Assembly: GCA_963798065.1 (NCBI GenBank)
Contig: CAWCSC010000030.1
Span: forward strand, 2,293-66,292
DNA: 64,000 nucleotides
Reading direction: 5' to 3'
Source: an uncultured Actinomycetota bacterium
Lineage (GTDB): Bacteria; Actinomycetota; Actinomycetes; Streptomycetales; Streptomycetaceae
The number at the start of each line of letters is the position of its first letter. Position 1 is the first letter of the stretch. The position numbers and the translations under genes are program-made. Of this stretch, positions 45,674-58,225 are shown in pieces. Under the pieces are notes generated by a model. That model worked only from the letters and a program-made list of their open reading frames with translations. It had not been told where the DNA came from and searched no databases.

Positions 45674-45903
45674 CCGGTCCTTGCCGGACGACCCCTACGG
45701 GTCGGGGGAGAAGCCGCCCTTCCGTGTCATACCCCAGCAGTACGCGGAGTTGAGCCCGGGGTCTGATGTATCTCCCTGGCCGATTTGGTCAGATGGACAC
45801 CACGGAAACACCACTCCTCACCTGTTCGGGTGAGAATGGCGGCTCAGGGACGAGTGCGTGGACGACACGGACAGCCGCCGCCGACCACGGAGGTAGGGCA
45901 CAC

Positions 45904-47157
45904 ATGGCACCGTACGCATCCGACGACAGCACGACCGCCGGGGAGGTCGACGAGCAGCGCTCCGGGCGGCGCAAAGCCGCGCGGTACGTCGTACCGGTCG
46001 ACGGTGATGGGGGTGGCGGCCGCGACGATCGGGCTGGTCCCCGCACTTGCCGACTCCGGTGACCCCGACCTCCCGAAGATCACCGCACAGCAGCTCATCG
46101 AGAAGATCGCGAAGTCGGACGTCCAGCAGCTGTCCGGCACCGTGAAGATCAGCACGGACCTCGGGCTGCCGGACCTCGGCGGGCTGGAGAGCAGCCTGAT
46201 GTCCGGTGCCGCGAGCCCGGACGGGGGCGGCTCCTCCGCCGACCCGACCGCCAAGCTCACCGAACTGGCCTCCGGCACGCACACCCTGCGCGTCGCGGCC
46301 GACGGCCCGGACAAGCAGAAGCTGTCGCTGCTGGAGAACGCCGCCGAGTACAGCATCGTCCACAACGGCAAGGACGTCTGGGCCTACGACAGCAAGTCCA
46401 ACGAGGTCCACCACGGCACGGCCTCCGAGAGCGGCAAGGCCTCCGAGAACGGCAAGGACCAGCAGCCGCCGGCCACGCCGAAGGACTTCGCCGAGGAGGC
46501 CCTCAAGGCCGCTCGACGACACGACCTCCGTGACCGTCGGACGGCACCGCCCAGGTCGCCGGCCGGGACGCCTACAAGCTGCTCATCAAGCCGAAGCAGT
46601 CCGGCTCGACCGTCGGTGCGATCACCGTGGCCGTGGACGCGAAGACGGGCACGCCGCTGAAGTTCACGCTCACCCCGGCGAGCGGCGGCGCCGCCGTCGT
46701 CGACGCGGGCTTCACCAAGGTCAGCTTCGCGCAAGCCGGCCGCGTCGACCTTCGACTTCACCCCGCCCAAGGGGGCGAAGGTCACCGAGGAGAAGGAATC
46801 CGGGAAGGCCTCCGAGAAGGGCTTCGGCAAGGGTGAGGCCGTCGGCACGCCACGAAGTCCCTCCCGAAGGCCGAGGAGGACCTCGGCAAGGGCCTCGACG
46901 GCATGAAGACCATCGGCGAGGGCTGGAACTCCATAGCCACCTTCGACACCGGCGGCGAGGGCATGCCCTCCGGCGAGGGCGGCGGCGACGTCGGCGGCTT
47001 CGTGGACTCGCTCGGCGACAAGGTCACCGGCAAGTTCGGCTCGGGCACGGTCTTCTCGACCCGTCTGGTCAACGCCCTGATCACGGACGACGGCAAGGTC
47101 TACGTCGGCCTGGTCACCAAGGACGCGCTCGTGAAGGCGGCCGACGCCGGCAAGTAA
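45904..47157 (+). CDS. LolA-like/RseB-like exported protein (several frameshifts)
   Basis: DPDLPKITAQQL, HTLRVAADGPDKQ, VAGRDAYKL, AVDAKTGTPL, STRLVNALITDDGKVYVG pieced from four frames. Confidence 0.75.
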
Positions 47158-47198
47158 GCCCCGGATTGCCACGGGGCGTCGAGAGAACGAGGAAGCCG

Positions 47199-48189
<991 letters not shown>

Positions 48190-48203
<14 letters not shown>

Positions 48204-49065
48204 AACGGCGGGGGCCGTACGCCCGGTGAGCCCGTTGTGGACCTTCGGGCTGCTGCGCAGCGAGCTCACCACGACCTTCCGGCGCTGGCGCACCCTCGCG
48301 CTGCTGGCCGTGCTGGCGGGCGTGCCCGTGCTCGTAGGTATCGCGGTCAAGATGGAGACGGGTGACGGCTCGTCGGCCGGTGGTGGCGGGGGAGGACCGG
48401 CCTTCATCTCGCAGATCACCAACAACGGCCTGTTCCTCGTCTTCACCGCCCTGGCCGCCACCCTCCCGTTCTTCCTGCCGATGGCGATCGGGGTCGTCGC
48501 GGGCGACGCCATCGCAGGCGAGTCGAACGCCGGCACGCTGCGCTACCTGCTGGTCGCCCCGGCCGGCCGCACCCGCCTGCTGCTCACCAAGTACGCGACC
48601 GTCGTCATCTTCTGCCTGGTGGCCACCCTCGTGGTCGCCGTCTCGGCGCTGACGGTCGGCGCGCTGCTGTTCCCGCTCGGCGGCCTGACGACCATCTCCG
48701 GCACCCAGATCAGCTTCGCCGAGGGTCTGGGCAGAGCCCTGCTGATCGCCCTGGCCGTCGCCGCGTCACTGATCGGCGTCGCGGCGCTCGGCCTGTTCGT
48801 CTCGACCCTGACGGGCAGCGGCATCGCGGCGATGGCGACCACCGTCGGCCTGCTGATCACGGTCCAGATCCTCGACCAGATCCCGCAACTGCACGCCCTT
48901 CAGCCGTACTTCTTCTCGCACTACTGGCTGTCCTTCGCCGACCTCATGCGCGAACCGGTCTACTGGGACGACCTGGCGAAGAACCTCGGCCTCCAGGCCC
49001 TGTACGCGGCGGTGTTCGGCTCGGCGGCCTGGGCCCGCTTCACGTCGAAGGACATCACGGCCTAG
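48190..49065 (+). CDS. ABC-2-type permease
   Basis: IAGESNAGTLRYLLVAPAGRTRLLLTK, six TM helices. Confidence 0.9.
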
Positions 49066-49289
49066 TGCCGCGGCAGGCAACGTCTGCCTGTCAAGGAGCG
49101 GCGTTGGGTGCGTGCTCTGGGGGTCCCCCCCGGCCGGAGGCTGGGGGAGTGCCGGCCGGAAGTCCTCGTACTGGATGTACTCGGGCTTTCGGCCGGTGCG
49201 CCGAGTGGGGGTACCTCCCACGCCCTTCAGGCAGTGGGGGAGCGTGCCGGGCGTCGCGACGGGGCGAACGTTGCCTGTCGCGGCACTAG
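49062..49289. mobile_element. MITE-like non-autonomous element bounded by CTAG with terminal inverted repeats
   Basis: Left CTAGTGCCGCGGCAGGCAACGT versus right-end reverse complement CTAGTGCCGCGACAGGCAACGT (1 mismatch in 22); 228 bp, no credible ORF. Confidence 0.7.
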
Positions 49290-49308
49290 CCCCGTGAGGG
49301 TCCGGGCC

Positions 49309-49890
49309 TCACTCCTCGTAGAGGAACCGGGCGAGCGGTGCTTCCTGGGCGAAGAACGTCTTCGCCCGGGTCAGCGCCTCGGTGTCGTTCAGCACGTCAC
49401 CGGGCTTGCTGCCGTTGCCGAGCAGCACCCCGCCGAAGCCCATCCCCATGTACGCGGCCGAGTTGTGGAGCGTCCCGATCAGCGGGTCGGCGACCACCTC
49501 CTCCCGGTGCGCGAGGGCGGTGACGCCCCACAGGGTGCGTCCGGCCAGGGTCGCCTTGAAGTCGAGGCCGGGCGTGCGCAGCCAGCCCGACCAGTAGTCC
49601 AGGTAGCGCTTGGTCTGTGCGGAGAGCGAGTACCAGTACAGCGGCGAGACGATCACGATGTCCGTCGCCGCGAGCGTGGCGTCGAGCAGCCGGGCCACGG
49701 GGCCCTCGGTCGGGCGGACGTGGTCGCTGTCGTGCCTCAGGTCCTCGAAGTCCGGCACCGGATGCTCGGTGAGGTCGATCCACTCCTGCTCGACGTCAGG
49801 GGGCAGTTGCTCGGCGGCCCGGCGGGCCAGCAGCTCGGAGTTGCCCTCGGCGCGGGCGCTGCCCAGGACGAAAAGGAAGCGACGGGTCAT
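49309..49890 (-). CDS. Flavodoxin-like NAD(P)H-dependent FMN reductase
   Basis: GSARAEGNSELLA, IVIVSPLYWYS. Confidence 0.88.
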   Translation of the reverse strand: MTRRFLFVLGSARAEGNSELLARRAAEQLPPDVEQEWIDLTEHPVPDFEDLRHDSDHVRPTEGPVARLLDATLAATDIVIVSPLYWYSLSAQTKRYLDYWSGWLRTPGLDFKATLAGRTLWGVTALAHREEVVADPLIGTLHNSAAYMGMGFGGVLLGNGSKPGDVLNDTEALTRAKTFFAQEAPLARFLYEE

Positions 49891-50007
49891 GGTGTCCCCC
49901 TTGAAGCTCGGCGTACGTCAATTACACGCGCATGCATCATATGTGCGTGCAACTAAATGCGCCAGGGCGGCATTCCCCGAGGCCGTATCCGCCAGGGATG
50001 GTGTCGG

Positions 50008-51186
50008 TCAGCCCCCGAGCCGCGCCTCCGCCTCCCGCGCCACGGCCAGCAGCAGCGCTTCCCGCCCGTGCGGCGCCACCAGGTGCAGCCCGGCCGGGCA
50101 ACCGTCGCCGCCGAAGCCCGCCGGGAGGCTCAGTGCCGGATGCCCGCTGAGGTTGAACGCCCAGGTGAGCGAGGTGGAGTAGCGGTCGCCCGGCCCCTCG
50201 TGGCCGTGCGGTGCGGTGGGGGCCGTGGGCGTCAGCAGCAGCTCGGCACCCGCGAACAGCCCGGCCAGCCGCCGGTCGTTCTCCGCCCGGACGCGGCGGG
50301 CCCCGGCCAGGTCGGCACCGGGTGTGCGCAGGGCGAGCCACGCGGGCCCGGGGTCCGTGAGCCGCAACGGCACCCGCGGTCGTACGAGCCGTACGACACC
50401 CGCCGTCACGAGCCGTTCCACCGCGGCCCGGGCGAGCTCCACGGGCTCCGGATCGGGCCCGGCGAAACCGAGGTCGGGGGACCAGACGGCGGTGACGGGG
50501 AGGGGTGGGAGGACGGGCACCGGCTCGCCCGACACCGCCTGCCACCAGCCCGCCGCGTCCGACGCCGAACGGGCGAGCACACCGGGGACGGCAAGCCCCG
50601 TACGGTCGGCGGAGGGCAGCCGCCCGGCCGTGGCCTTCAGGCCGACCACCCCGCACCACGCCGCCGGGATCCGCACCGACCCGGCCCCGTCGCTGCCCGT
50701 CGCCAGCGGCACAAGACCGGCCGCCACCGCCACCGCCGACCCGGCCGACGAGCCGCCCGGCGTACGGTCGGCCCGCCACGGGTTGACGGTCCGGCCACGC
50801 GCGCCCAGTCCCCAGGTCTGCCAGGGCGTTCCCGGTCCGGGCACGGAGGTCGCGCCCACGGCGACACAACCGGCCGCGAGCAGCGGGCCGGCCGTCCGCA
50901 GCCCGTGCCGCCCCTTCACGGCGATCGGCACGCCGGCCAGCGGCAGCGGCCCGCCCTTTGCGGAACTCGCGGCTTCACTCGTACGGGTACCGTTGCCGGC
51001 TCCTCGGTCGAGCAGCGCGTCCACCTCGTCCGCCCGCCGCAGCGCCTCCTCGTGCCACACCTCGACGAACGCGCACAGCTTGGGATCGGCCCGCTCGATC
51101 CGCTCAAGCGCCGCCGCGACCACGTCGGCCGCGCGCAGCTCCCGGGCCCGTACGCCCGCCGCGATCTCCCCGGCCGACAGGGACAC
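50008..51186 (-). CDS. Amidase-signature family protein (short)
   Basis: [47 protein letters not shown]. Confidence 0.88.
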   Translation of the reverse strand: MSLSAGEIAAGVRARELRAADVVAAALERIERADPKLCAFVEVWHEEALRRADEVDALLDRGAGNGTRTSEAASSAKGGPLPLAGVPIAVKGRHGLRTAGPLLAAGCVAVGATSVPGPGTPWQTWGLGARGRTVNPWRADRTPGGSSAGSAVAVAAGLVPLATGSDGAGSVRIPAAWCGVVGLKATAGRLPSADRTGLAVPGVLARSASDAAGWWQAVSGEPVPVLPPLPVTAVWSPDLGFAGPDPEPVELARAAVERLVTAGVVRLVRPRVPLRLTDPGPAWLALRTPGADLAGARRVRAENDRRLAGLFAGAELLLTPTAPTAPHGHEGPGDRYSTSLTWAFNLSGHPALSLPAGFGGDGCPAGLHLVAPHGREALLLAVAREAEARLGG

Positions 51187-51191
51187 GGGCG

Positions 51192-51728
51192 TCAGCGTGC
51201 CGCTCCCGTCAGCCTGGTCAGGGCCTGCGTCTCACGCGGCGGGTGGCCCAGTTCGCCGAGCCGCCAGGACGGCACCCACGGCACGCGGTACACGTCGATG
51301 ACCGCCTCCAGGGACTTGACCCGCTGGGCGAGCGGGCGCGGCAGCCGGCCCGGGGCGTCCGCCACGAGGACGACGCCGTCGAGGTCGAGCCCCGGCGGAG
51401 CCTGACCGCGCCGGAAGATCTCCACCGCACCGGCGACCGTGTCCAGTCCGGCCGCGTGTGTGCGGGCGACCAGCAGCACCGACGGGGGGCCGCCCGGCCC
51501 GGGCCAGGAGCGGCCGCTGTCATGGCCGCCGTAGACCGCGGCGAGCGTGGAGACGCCCGCGCCGCCGTGCGTGCCGACCCAGGAGAAACGCCGTGCCGCG
51601 GCATGGGCGTGGGCGGGCTCCGGCGGCCCCGGCTCCGTCGTGGTCACCGGGCCGCGGATCCAGATCTCCGGTCCCGGTCGCATGCCTGTCTGCATGCCCG
51701 TCTCCTCCCTCGTACTCCCGATCTTCAT
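51192..51728 (-). CDS. Hypothetical protein with degenerate MinD/ParA-like P-loop
   Basis: [40 protein letters not shown]. Confidence 0.7.
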   Translation of the reverse strand: MKIGSTREETGMQTGMRPGPEIWIRGPVTTTEPGPPEPAHAHAAARRFSWVGTHGGAGVSTLAAVYGGHDSGRSWPGPGGPPSVLLVARTHAAGLDTVAGAVEIFRRGQAPPGLDLDGVVLVADAPGRLPRPLAQRVKSLEAVIDVYRVPWVPSWRLGELGHPPRETQALTRLTGAAR

Positions 51729-51855
51729 GCCAACCGGAACAACGCGCGCCGGGGCCTACAGTCCTTGGGACGAGCCTGTGACACCGCGGTGACGTGAGAA
51801 ACGAGAGCGAGCGGACACACTCGACAGTAGGTGTACGACGCCGAGTGAGGGGACG

Positions 51856-53277
51856 ATGTCTCGACTCAGCCGCGAGAAGAAGCGGGAACAGAAGCAGGCC
51901 GCACGCGCGGCGACCCCGGCGGCGCCGATCGACGTCCATGTCCCCGGGGCCTCAGCGGAGCCGGATCGGGGGCAGGAGCGGGGCCCGGGGCCGCGCCGGG
52001 TCCGGGAGCCGGAGCGGCGGGCGTGTCCGACGGCGCGTCGGTCGGCGGCGTCCCGGTCTTCGCGGCCCCCGGCGAGGAGATCCAGCAAGGCGGTCCTCAA
52101 CCGCCTGCACCACATCGCCCTCGCCACCGGCCATTCCGTCCTCGCCACCATCCACGACGAGCGCATCGGCTACGTCGTCCCTCTCCAGGTCGACCCGGAC
52201 GGCTCCAGCCACTTCACGGCCGAGCCGGTCCGTACGGCACCGCCGCAGGACGCCGTCGCCGGACGCCCGGCGGAACCGCCCGCTGCGGGCGCGGTGCCCG
52301 AGCCGCCCACGGCCGGCGCGGTGACGGAGCCGCCCGTTCCTGCGCCCGGACCGATGCCACCCGTGGCGGAGCCGGAGCCCCCGCGCAGTGACAGCGCCAC
52401 GCACGTCCTGCGTCCCGTACCGGAGTCCGATGGCCGTGGCGCGACACCGACGTTCCCGCTGCGGGCGGTGCCCGAGCCCGAGCCGGCGCCGGAGCCCGTA
52501 CCGACGTTCGAACTGCGCGCCGTACAGGAGCCGCCACAGCCCACGCCCGAGGACACGCCCCCGGGTCCGGCCATGCCGCCCGGCATCGTCGCGCCCCCGA
52601 CCGGTGAGTTCGGGCCGCCACCGCCCATGGACGCGAGGCCGCTCCCCCTCCCCGAAACCGGTCCCTCCGCCGAGCCCCGGCGCAGCCGGAAGCCCGACCC
52701 GGTGCTCGAAGCGGAGCTGCTCGCCGACCTCGACGCCAAGCCCACCCCCGCCCGCGGCTTCGACGCCGTCGCGGAGGCCATGTTCGGGGACGAGGCTCCC
52801 GGCGCGCCGGGCGACTCCGCAGTGGCCGCCCTCGTCGCGGAGCCGATCACGCGGATCAACGAGGCCGTGAAGGAGGGCCGGATCGACGCGGCGGCCGGGC
52901 TGGCGGACCAGACCGTCGCGCAGGCGTCGGCGACGCTGGGGCCGGAGCACCCCGAGGTGCTCCGGCTGGGTGAACTCAGCGCGTACATCGCCTACTTGGC
53001 GGGCGACCCGCTCCGCGCCTTCCATCTGTCGCTCGACCTGGCCGGTGCCCGGCGCCGTACGGGCGACGCGGAGGCCGCCTACGGCGACGTGCAGAGCGCG
53101 GCCACCGCCTGGCGCGCGGTGCGCGACCCGGCGCTGGGGCTGGAGCTGGGGCGCGACCTGATCGGCCTGTGGACCGAACTCGCCGCCGAGGACGGCCCGG
53201 CCGCCGAGGAGATCGAGCAACTGGAGTCGGCCCGGGCCCGCATGGGCCGCCTCACGGAACGCGCCCGCAACCAGTAG
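51856..53277 (+). CDS. Pro/Glu-rich protein with C-terminal TPR-like domain
   Basis: Long low-complexity middle; LGPEHPEVL helical repeat; probable local frameshifts near 51970-52090. Confidence 0.7.
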   Translation: MSRLSREKKREQKQAARAATPAAPIDVHVPGASAEPDRGQERGPGPRRVREPERRACPTARRSAASRSSRPPARRSSKAVLNRLHHIALATGHSVLATIHDERIGYVVPLQVDPDGSSHFTAEPVRTAPPQDAVAGRPAEPPAAGAVPEPPTAGAVTEPPVPAPGPMPPVAEPEPPRSDSATHVLRPVPESDGRGATPTFPLRAVPEPEPAPEPVPTFELRAVQEPPQPTPEDTPPGPAMPPGIVAPPTGEFGPPPPMDARPLPLPETGPSAEPRRSRKPDPVLEAELLADLDAKPTPARGFDAVAEAMFGDEAPGAPGDSAVAALVAEPITRINEAVKEGRIDAAAGLADQTVAQASATLGPEHPEVLRLGELSAYIAYLAGDPLRAFHLSLDLAGARRRTGDAEAAYGDVQSAATAWRAVRDPALGLELGRDLIGLWTELAAEDGPAAEEIEQLESARARMGRLTERARNQ

Positions 53278-53289
53278 GGGCGACCGGAA

Positions 53290-54396
<1,107 letters not shown>

Positions 54397-54410
54397 TCAC
54401 CGGGCCGGTG

Positions 54411-54884
54411 TCACTGAACGCAGAACTCGTTCCCCTCCGGGTCCGCCATCAGGACCCACTCGCCGCCCTGCTCCGCCACACGCCGCAGCACACTCGCCCC
54501 GAGGCCTTCCAGCCGCGCGACTTCTTCCTCGCGCCGCCCCTCGCCCGGGTGCAGATCGAGGTGGAGCCGGTTCTTGACCGTCTTCGCCTCCGGCACCCGC
54601 TGGAACAGCAGCCGCCGCCCCAGCCCGGTCCCGCTCTCCTCCTCGAACGGGTCCTCGGGGTGCCGTACGGCGATCAGGTCCCGGAAGGCGTGCCGGCCGT
54701 GCGACTCGATGACGAGCTCTTCCGGCACGGCGCCGACGCCGAGCAGCTTCTCGATGAGGACGCTGTTGTCCTCGACCTCGTAGCGGAGGGCGGCGGCCCA
54801 GAAGTCGGCCTGCGCGTGCGGGTCGTTCGCGTCGATGACGACTTTCCAGTGCACGGGGACAGGGGGTGCCGGTGTCTGTGTCAT
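54411..54884 (-). CDS. VOC/glyoxalase-like protein
   Basis: VVIDANDP, LLFQRVPE, KNRLHLDL, MADPEGNEFC. Confidence 0.9.
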   Translation of the reverse strand: MTQTPAPPVPVHWKVVIDANDPHAQADFWAAALRYEVEDNSVLIEKLLGVGAVPEELVIESHGRHAFRDLIAVRHPEDPFEEESGTGLGRRLLFQRVPEAKTVKNRLHLDLHPGEGRREEEVARLEGLGASVLRRVAEQGGEWVLMADPEGNEFCVQ

Positions 54885-54891
54885 GGACCAG

Positions 54892-55240
54892 TTATACGGC
54901 GCGGGTGCCGTACGCGGTCCGGGCCGCAGCGATCTCGTCCTGGTGTTCCTCCGTCCAGGTCACCAGCGACCGGATCGTGGTGTGCAGCGTCCTGCCGAGG
55001 GAGGTCAGTTCGTACTCGCCCCGGGGCGGCACCACCAGGTGCACGGTCTGCTTCACCAGCCCGTCCCGCTCCAGCGACCGCAGGGTCACCGTCAGCATCC
55101 GCTGGCTGACCCCGTCGATCTCCCGGCGCAGCTCGGAGAAGCGCAGCCGCCGGTTCTCCAGCAGCGCGATGACGAGCAGCGACCACTTGTCGGCGATGCG
55201 GTCGAGGATCTGCCGGACCTGGCAGTCCTCGCGGGTCCCC
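54892..55240 (-). pseudogene. HxlR-family regulator lacking its start
   Basis: TREDCQVRQILDRIADKWSLLVI...RFSELRREIDGVSQRML...YELT; no start codon or RBS before it meets the MFS fragment. Confidence 0.75.
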
Positions 55241-55820
55241 AGGGCTCGGTCGTACGCGCCGACCTGGGGGCGCTGCTCTTCCTCGGCGCCTTCTTCGGCT
55301 TCCAGTTCGTCGTCACGCTCTACCTGCAGGAACTGCGCGGCTGGTCGTCCCTCCAGACGGCGCTGGCTCTGATCGCCATGGGTGTCGACGCCGTCCTCGC
55401 ACCGACACTCACCCCGAAACTGGTCGCCCGCTACGGCAACGCCCGTGTGATCGTCGGCGGCATCGTCCTGGCCGTGGTGGCGTACGCGCTGTTCCTGCCG
55501 GTCGGCATGGACTGGTCGTACGCCGCGATCTTCCCCACCCTGTTCCTCGCGGGTGTCGCCTTCGCGCTGGCCTACGGGCCGCTGACGATCGCGGCCACGG
55601 ACGGTGTCGCCGAGGCGGAGCAGGGCCTGGCCGGCGGGTTGCTGCACACCGCCACGCAGTTCGGCGCCGCGATCGGCATCTCGGCGGTGACCGCGGTCTA
55701 CGGCCTGGCGTCCACCGGGTCCGGTCCCGAGGCCACACTCTCGGCGTTCCGCGCGGCGCTGGTCGTGCCGGTCGGCCTGGTGACGCTGGGAACGCTGGTC
55801 TCGGTGGCGAGTGCGCGGGC
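55241..55820 (+). pseudogene. C-terminal half of a DHA2-type MFS transporter
   Basis: FFGFQFVVTLYLQELRGWSSLQTAL, EQGLAGGLLHTATQFGAAIG; N-terminal half absent. Confidence 0.78.
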
Positions 55821-56712
55821 GGCCCGGCGGGCGGTGCGCAGGGCGTCCCAGGTGAGCAGCATCAGCGCCAGCCACACCAGTGCGAATCCCGCCCAGCGCT
55901 CCGGCGGCATGGCCTCGTGGAAGTAGAAGATGCCGAGCAGGAACTGGAAGACCGGGGTCAGGTACTGCAGCAGGCCGATGCGTGGACAGGGGCACGCGGA
56001 TGGCGGCCGCGCCGAAGCAGACCAGGGGCAGCGCGGTGACGATCCCGGCCGAGGCGAGCAGCGCCGCGTGCCCCGCGCCCTCGGCGGCGAAGGTGGAGCC
56101 GCCCTGCGCGGTCAGCCACGCCAGGTAGGCGAGAGCGGGCAGGAACTGGATCGCGGTCTCGGCGGCCAGCGACTCCACGCCGCCGAGGTTCACCTTCTTC
56201 TTCACCAGCCCGTACGTGGCGAAGGAGAAGGCGAGGCAGAGGGAGATCCACGGGGGCCGGCCGTAGCCGACGGTCAGCACGACGACCGCCGCGCAGCCGG
56301 TCCCGACCGCCGCCCACTGCACCGGCCGCAGCCGCTCCTTGAGCAGCAGCACACCCATCGCGATGGTGACCAGCGGGTTGATGAAGTACCCGAGCGAGGC
56401 CTCGACGACGTGCCCGGAGTTCACGGACCAGATGTACAGGCCCCAGTTGACGGTGATGACCGCCGCGGCGACCGTGATCAGCGCCAGCTTGCGCGGCTGG
56501 CGCAGCAGCTCACCGGCCCAGGCCCAGCGGCGCAGCACGAGCAGGGCGGCGCCCACGAAGACCAGTGACCACACCATCCGGTGGGCCAGGATCTCCATCG
56601 CCCCCGCAGGCTTCAGCAGAGGCCAGTACAGGGGGACGAGCCCCCACATCCCGTAGGCCGCGAAGCCGTTCAGCAGTCCTATGTGCCCCTCGCCCCTCGA
56701 CTTGCGGGTCAC
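55698..56712 (-). CDS. rarD: EamA-family transporter RarD (frameshift near 55980)
   Basis: AYGMWGLVPLYW, EILAHRMVWS, EASLGYFINPL; C-terminus MPPERWAGFALVWLAL in ORF 55698..55910. Confidence 0.9.
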
Positions 56713-56770
56713 GGGCCCCCTCCTTCGCACTCCGCGCATGGTGTTCCGCGAGCACGACGGTAACGCCGGG

Positions 56771-56822
56771 CACCCCCGGATGTCATGCCCGTATCGGCAT
56801 ACGGTCATGACATCCGGGGGTG
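56771..56822. terminator. Long hairpin downstream of NmrA-like gene
   Basis: CACCCCCGGATGTCATGCCCGTAT-cggc-ATACGGTCATGACATCCGGGGGTG, 24-bp stem with one mismatch. Confidence 0.75.
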
Positions 56823-56865
56823 GGGTGACTCAATGGCCCGCCGGGGGAGTTCGGGCCGGTGGGCC

Positions 56866-57720
56866 CTAGTCCTTGAGTGCCGTGGCGATGGCCTCGGAGA
56901 ACGGTGTGGTCGGACGGCCGGCCAGGCGGGACAGGTCGCCGGTGGGGACGACCAGCTCGCCCTTCTCGATGGAGGCGTCGACCCCGGCCAGGATCTGGGC
57001 GAACGGCTCGGGCAGACCGGCGCCGGTCAGGATGCCGGTGAGCGCCTCGGTCGAGACCGCGTTGTAGGTGATCTCCTTGCCGGTCTGCCGGCTCAGCTCG
57101 GCCGCGTACTCGGCGAAGCTCCACGCGGTGTCGCCGCCCAGCTCGTACGTCTTGTTCTCGTGCCCGTCACCGGTCAGCACGGCGACGGCGGCGGCGGCGT
57201 AGTCGGCGCGGGAGGCGGAGGAGACCTTGCCCTCGCCGGCGGCGGCGACGACCGCGTTGTGCTCCAGTACCGGGGCGAGGTTCTCGGTGTAGTTCTCGTG
57301 GTACCAGCCGTTGCGCAGCAGCGCGTAGGGCACGCCGGAGTCCAGCAGGATCTCCTCGGTGCCGCGGTGGTCGTCGGCGAGCGCGGCGGACAGGCTGCCC
57401 GGGGCGCTGGTGTAGGCGAGCAGGGCCACCCCGGCGGCCTTGGCGGCTTCGATGACGGCCTTGTGCTGCTGCACACGGCCCTTGTCGAACTCGTTGCCGG
57501 AGATCAGCAGCACCTTGTCACCGGCGGAGAAGAGGCCGTCGAAGGACGCGGGGGCGTTGTAGTCGGCCAGGGCGATCTTCACACCGCGGTCCGCGAAGCC
57601 GGCGGCCTTCTCGGCGTTGCGGACGACCGCGGTGATCTGCTCGGCGGGAACCTTCTCCAGCAGCTGCTCAACGACGTGACGGCCGAGCTGTCCAGTGGCT
57701 CCGGTGACGACGATGCTCAT
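56866..57720 (-). CDS. NmrA-like NAD(P)H:quinone oxidoreductase (YtfG/QorA type)
   Basis: IVVTGATGQLG, VLLISG, LRNGWYHEN, YELGG. Confidence 0.9.
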   Translation of the reverse strand: MSIVVTGATGQLGRHVVEQLLEKVPAEQITAVVRNAEKAAGFADRGVKIALADYNAPASFDGLFSAGDKVLLISGNEFDKGRVQQHKAVIEAAKAAGVALLAYTSAPGSLSAALADDHRGTEEILLDSGVPYALLRNGWYHENYTENLAPVLEHNAVVAAAGEGKVSSASRADYAAAAVAVLTGDGHENKTYELGGDTAWSFAEYAAELSRQTGKEITYNAVSTEALTGILTGAGLPEPFAQILAGVDASIEKGELVVPTGDLSRLAGRPTTPFSEAIATALKD

Positions 57721-57808
57721 GAGAACTCTCCTTGTGGGGTGCGATGGCACTAACCTTACGAGAGGCGCTAACTTTTGGAAAGTACACACTTTGAAGTAAG
57801 GTACTGGC

Positions 57809-58189
57809 ATGGCGGTAAGTGATAGCGAGGCCCTGTGCCCGCACCGACTCGTCCTGGAGCACGTCACCAGCCGCTGGGGCGTGCTCGTCCTGATCGAGCT
57901 CCTGGACCGTCCGTACCGGTTCAGCGAGCTGCGCCGTGCGATCAGCCAGGTCGGCGGCCGGGGCGTCAGCGAGAAGATGCTCACGCAGACGCTCCAGACC
58001 CTGGAGCGCGACGGGCTGGTCGACCGCGACGCCAAGCCGGTGATCCCGCCCCGCGTCGACTACTCCCTCACCGAACTGGGCCGCGAGGCCGCCGAGCAGG
58101 TCAAGGCCCTCGCACAGTGGACCCAGCAGCGCATGGACGACGTGGAGAAGGCCCGTCTGACATACGACGAGACCCGGGCCGCGTCCTAG
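57809..58189 (+). CDS. HxlR-family redox-sensing regulator (YtfH/QorR type)
   Basis: CPHRLVLEHVTSRWG, RFSELRR, VSEKMLTQTL, PPRVDYSLT; divergent from the oxidoreductase. Confidence 0.9.
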   Translation: MAVSDSEALCPHRLVLEHVTSRWGVLVLIELLDRPYRFSELRRAISQVGGRGVSEKMLTQTLQTLERDGLVDRDAKPVIPPRVDYSLTELGREAAEQVKALAQWTQQRMDDVEKARLTYDETRAAS

Positions 58190-58225
58190 CGGTCCCGGGC
58201 CTCGTGCCGTACGGCGTGGTCGTGC

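Noticed and set aside
54892..56808. 638-aa ORF that looks like a RarD-HxlR fusion
   Set aside because: It arises from an indel near 55980; the middle is antisense MFS sequence and the true RarD C-terminus is in another frame
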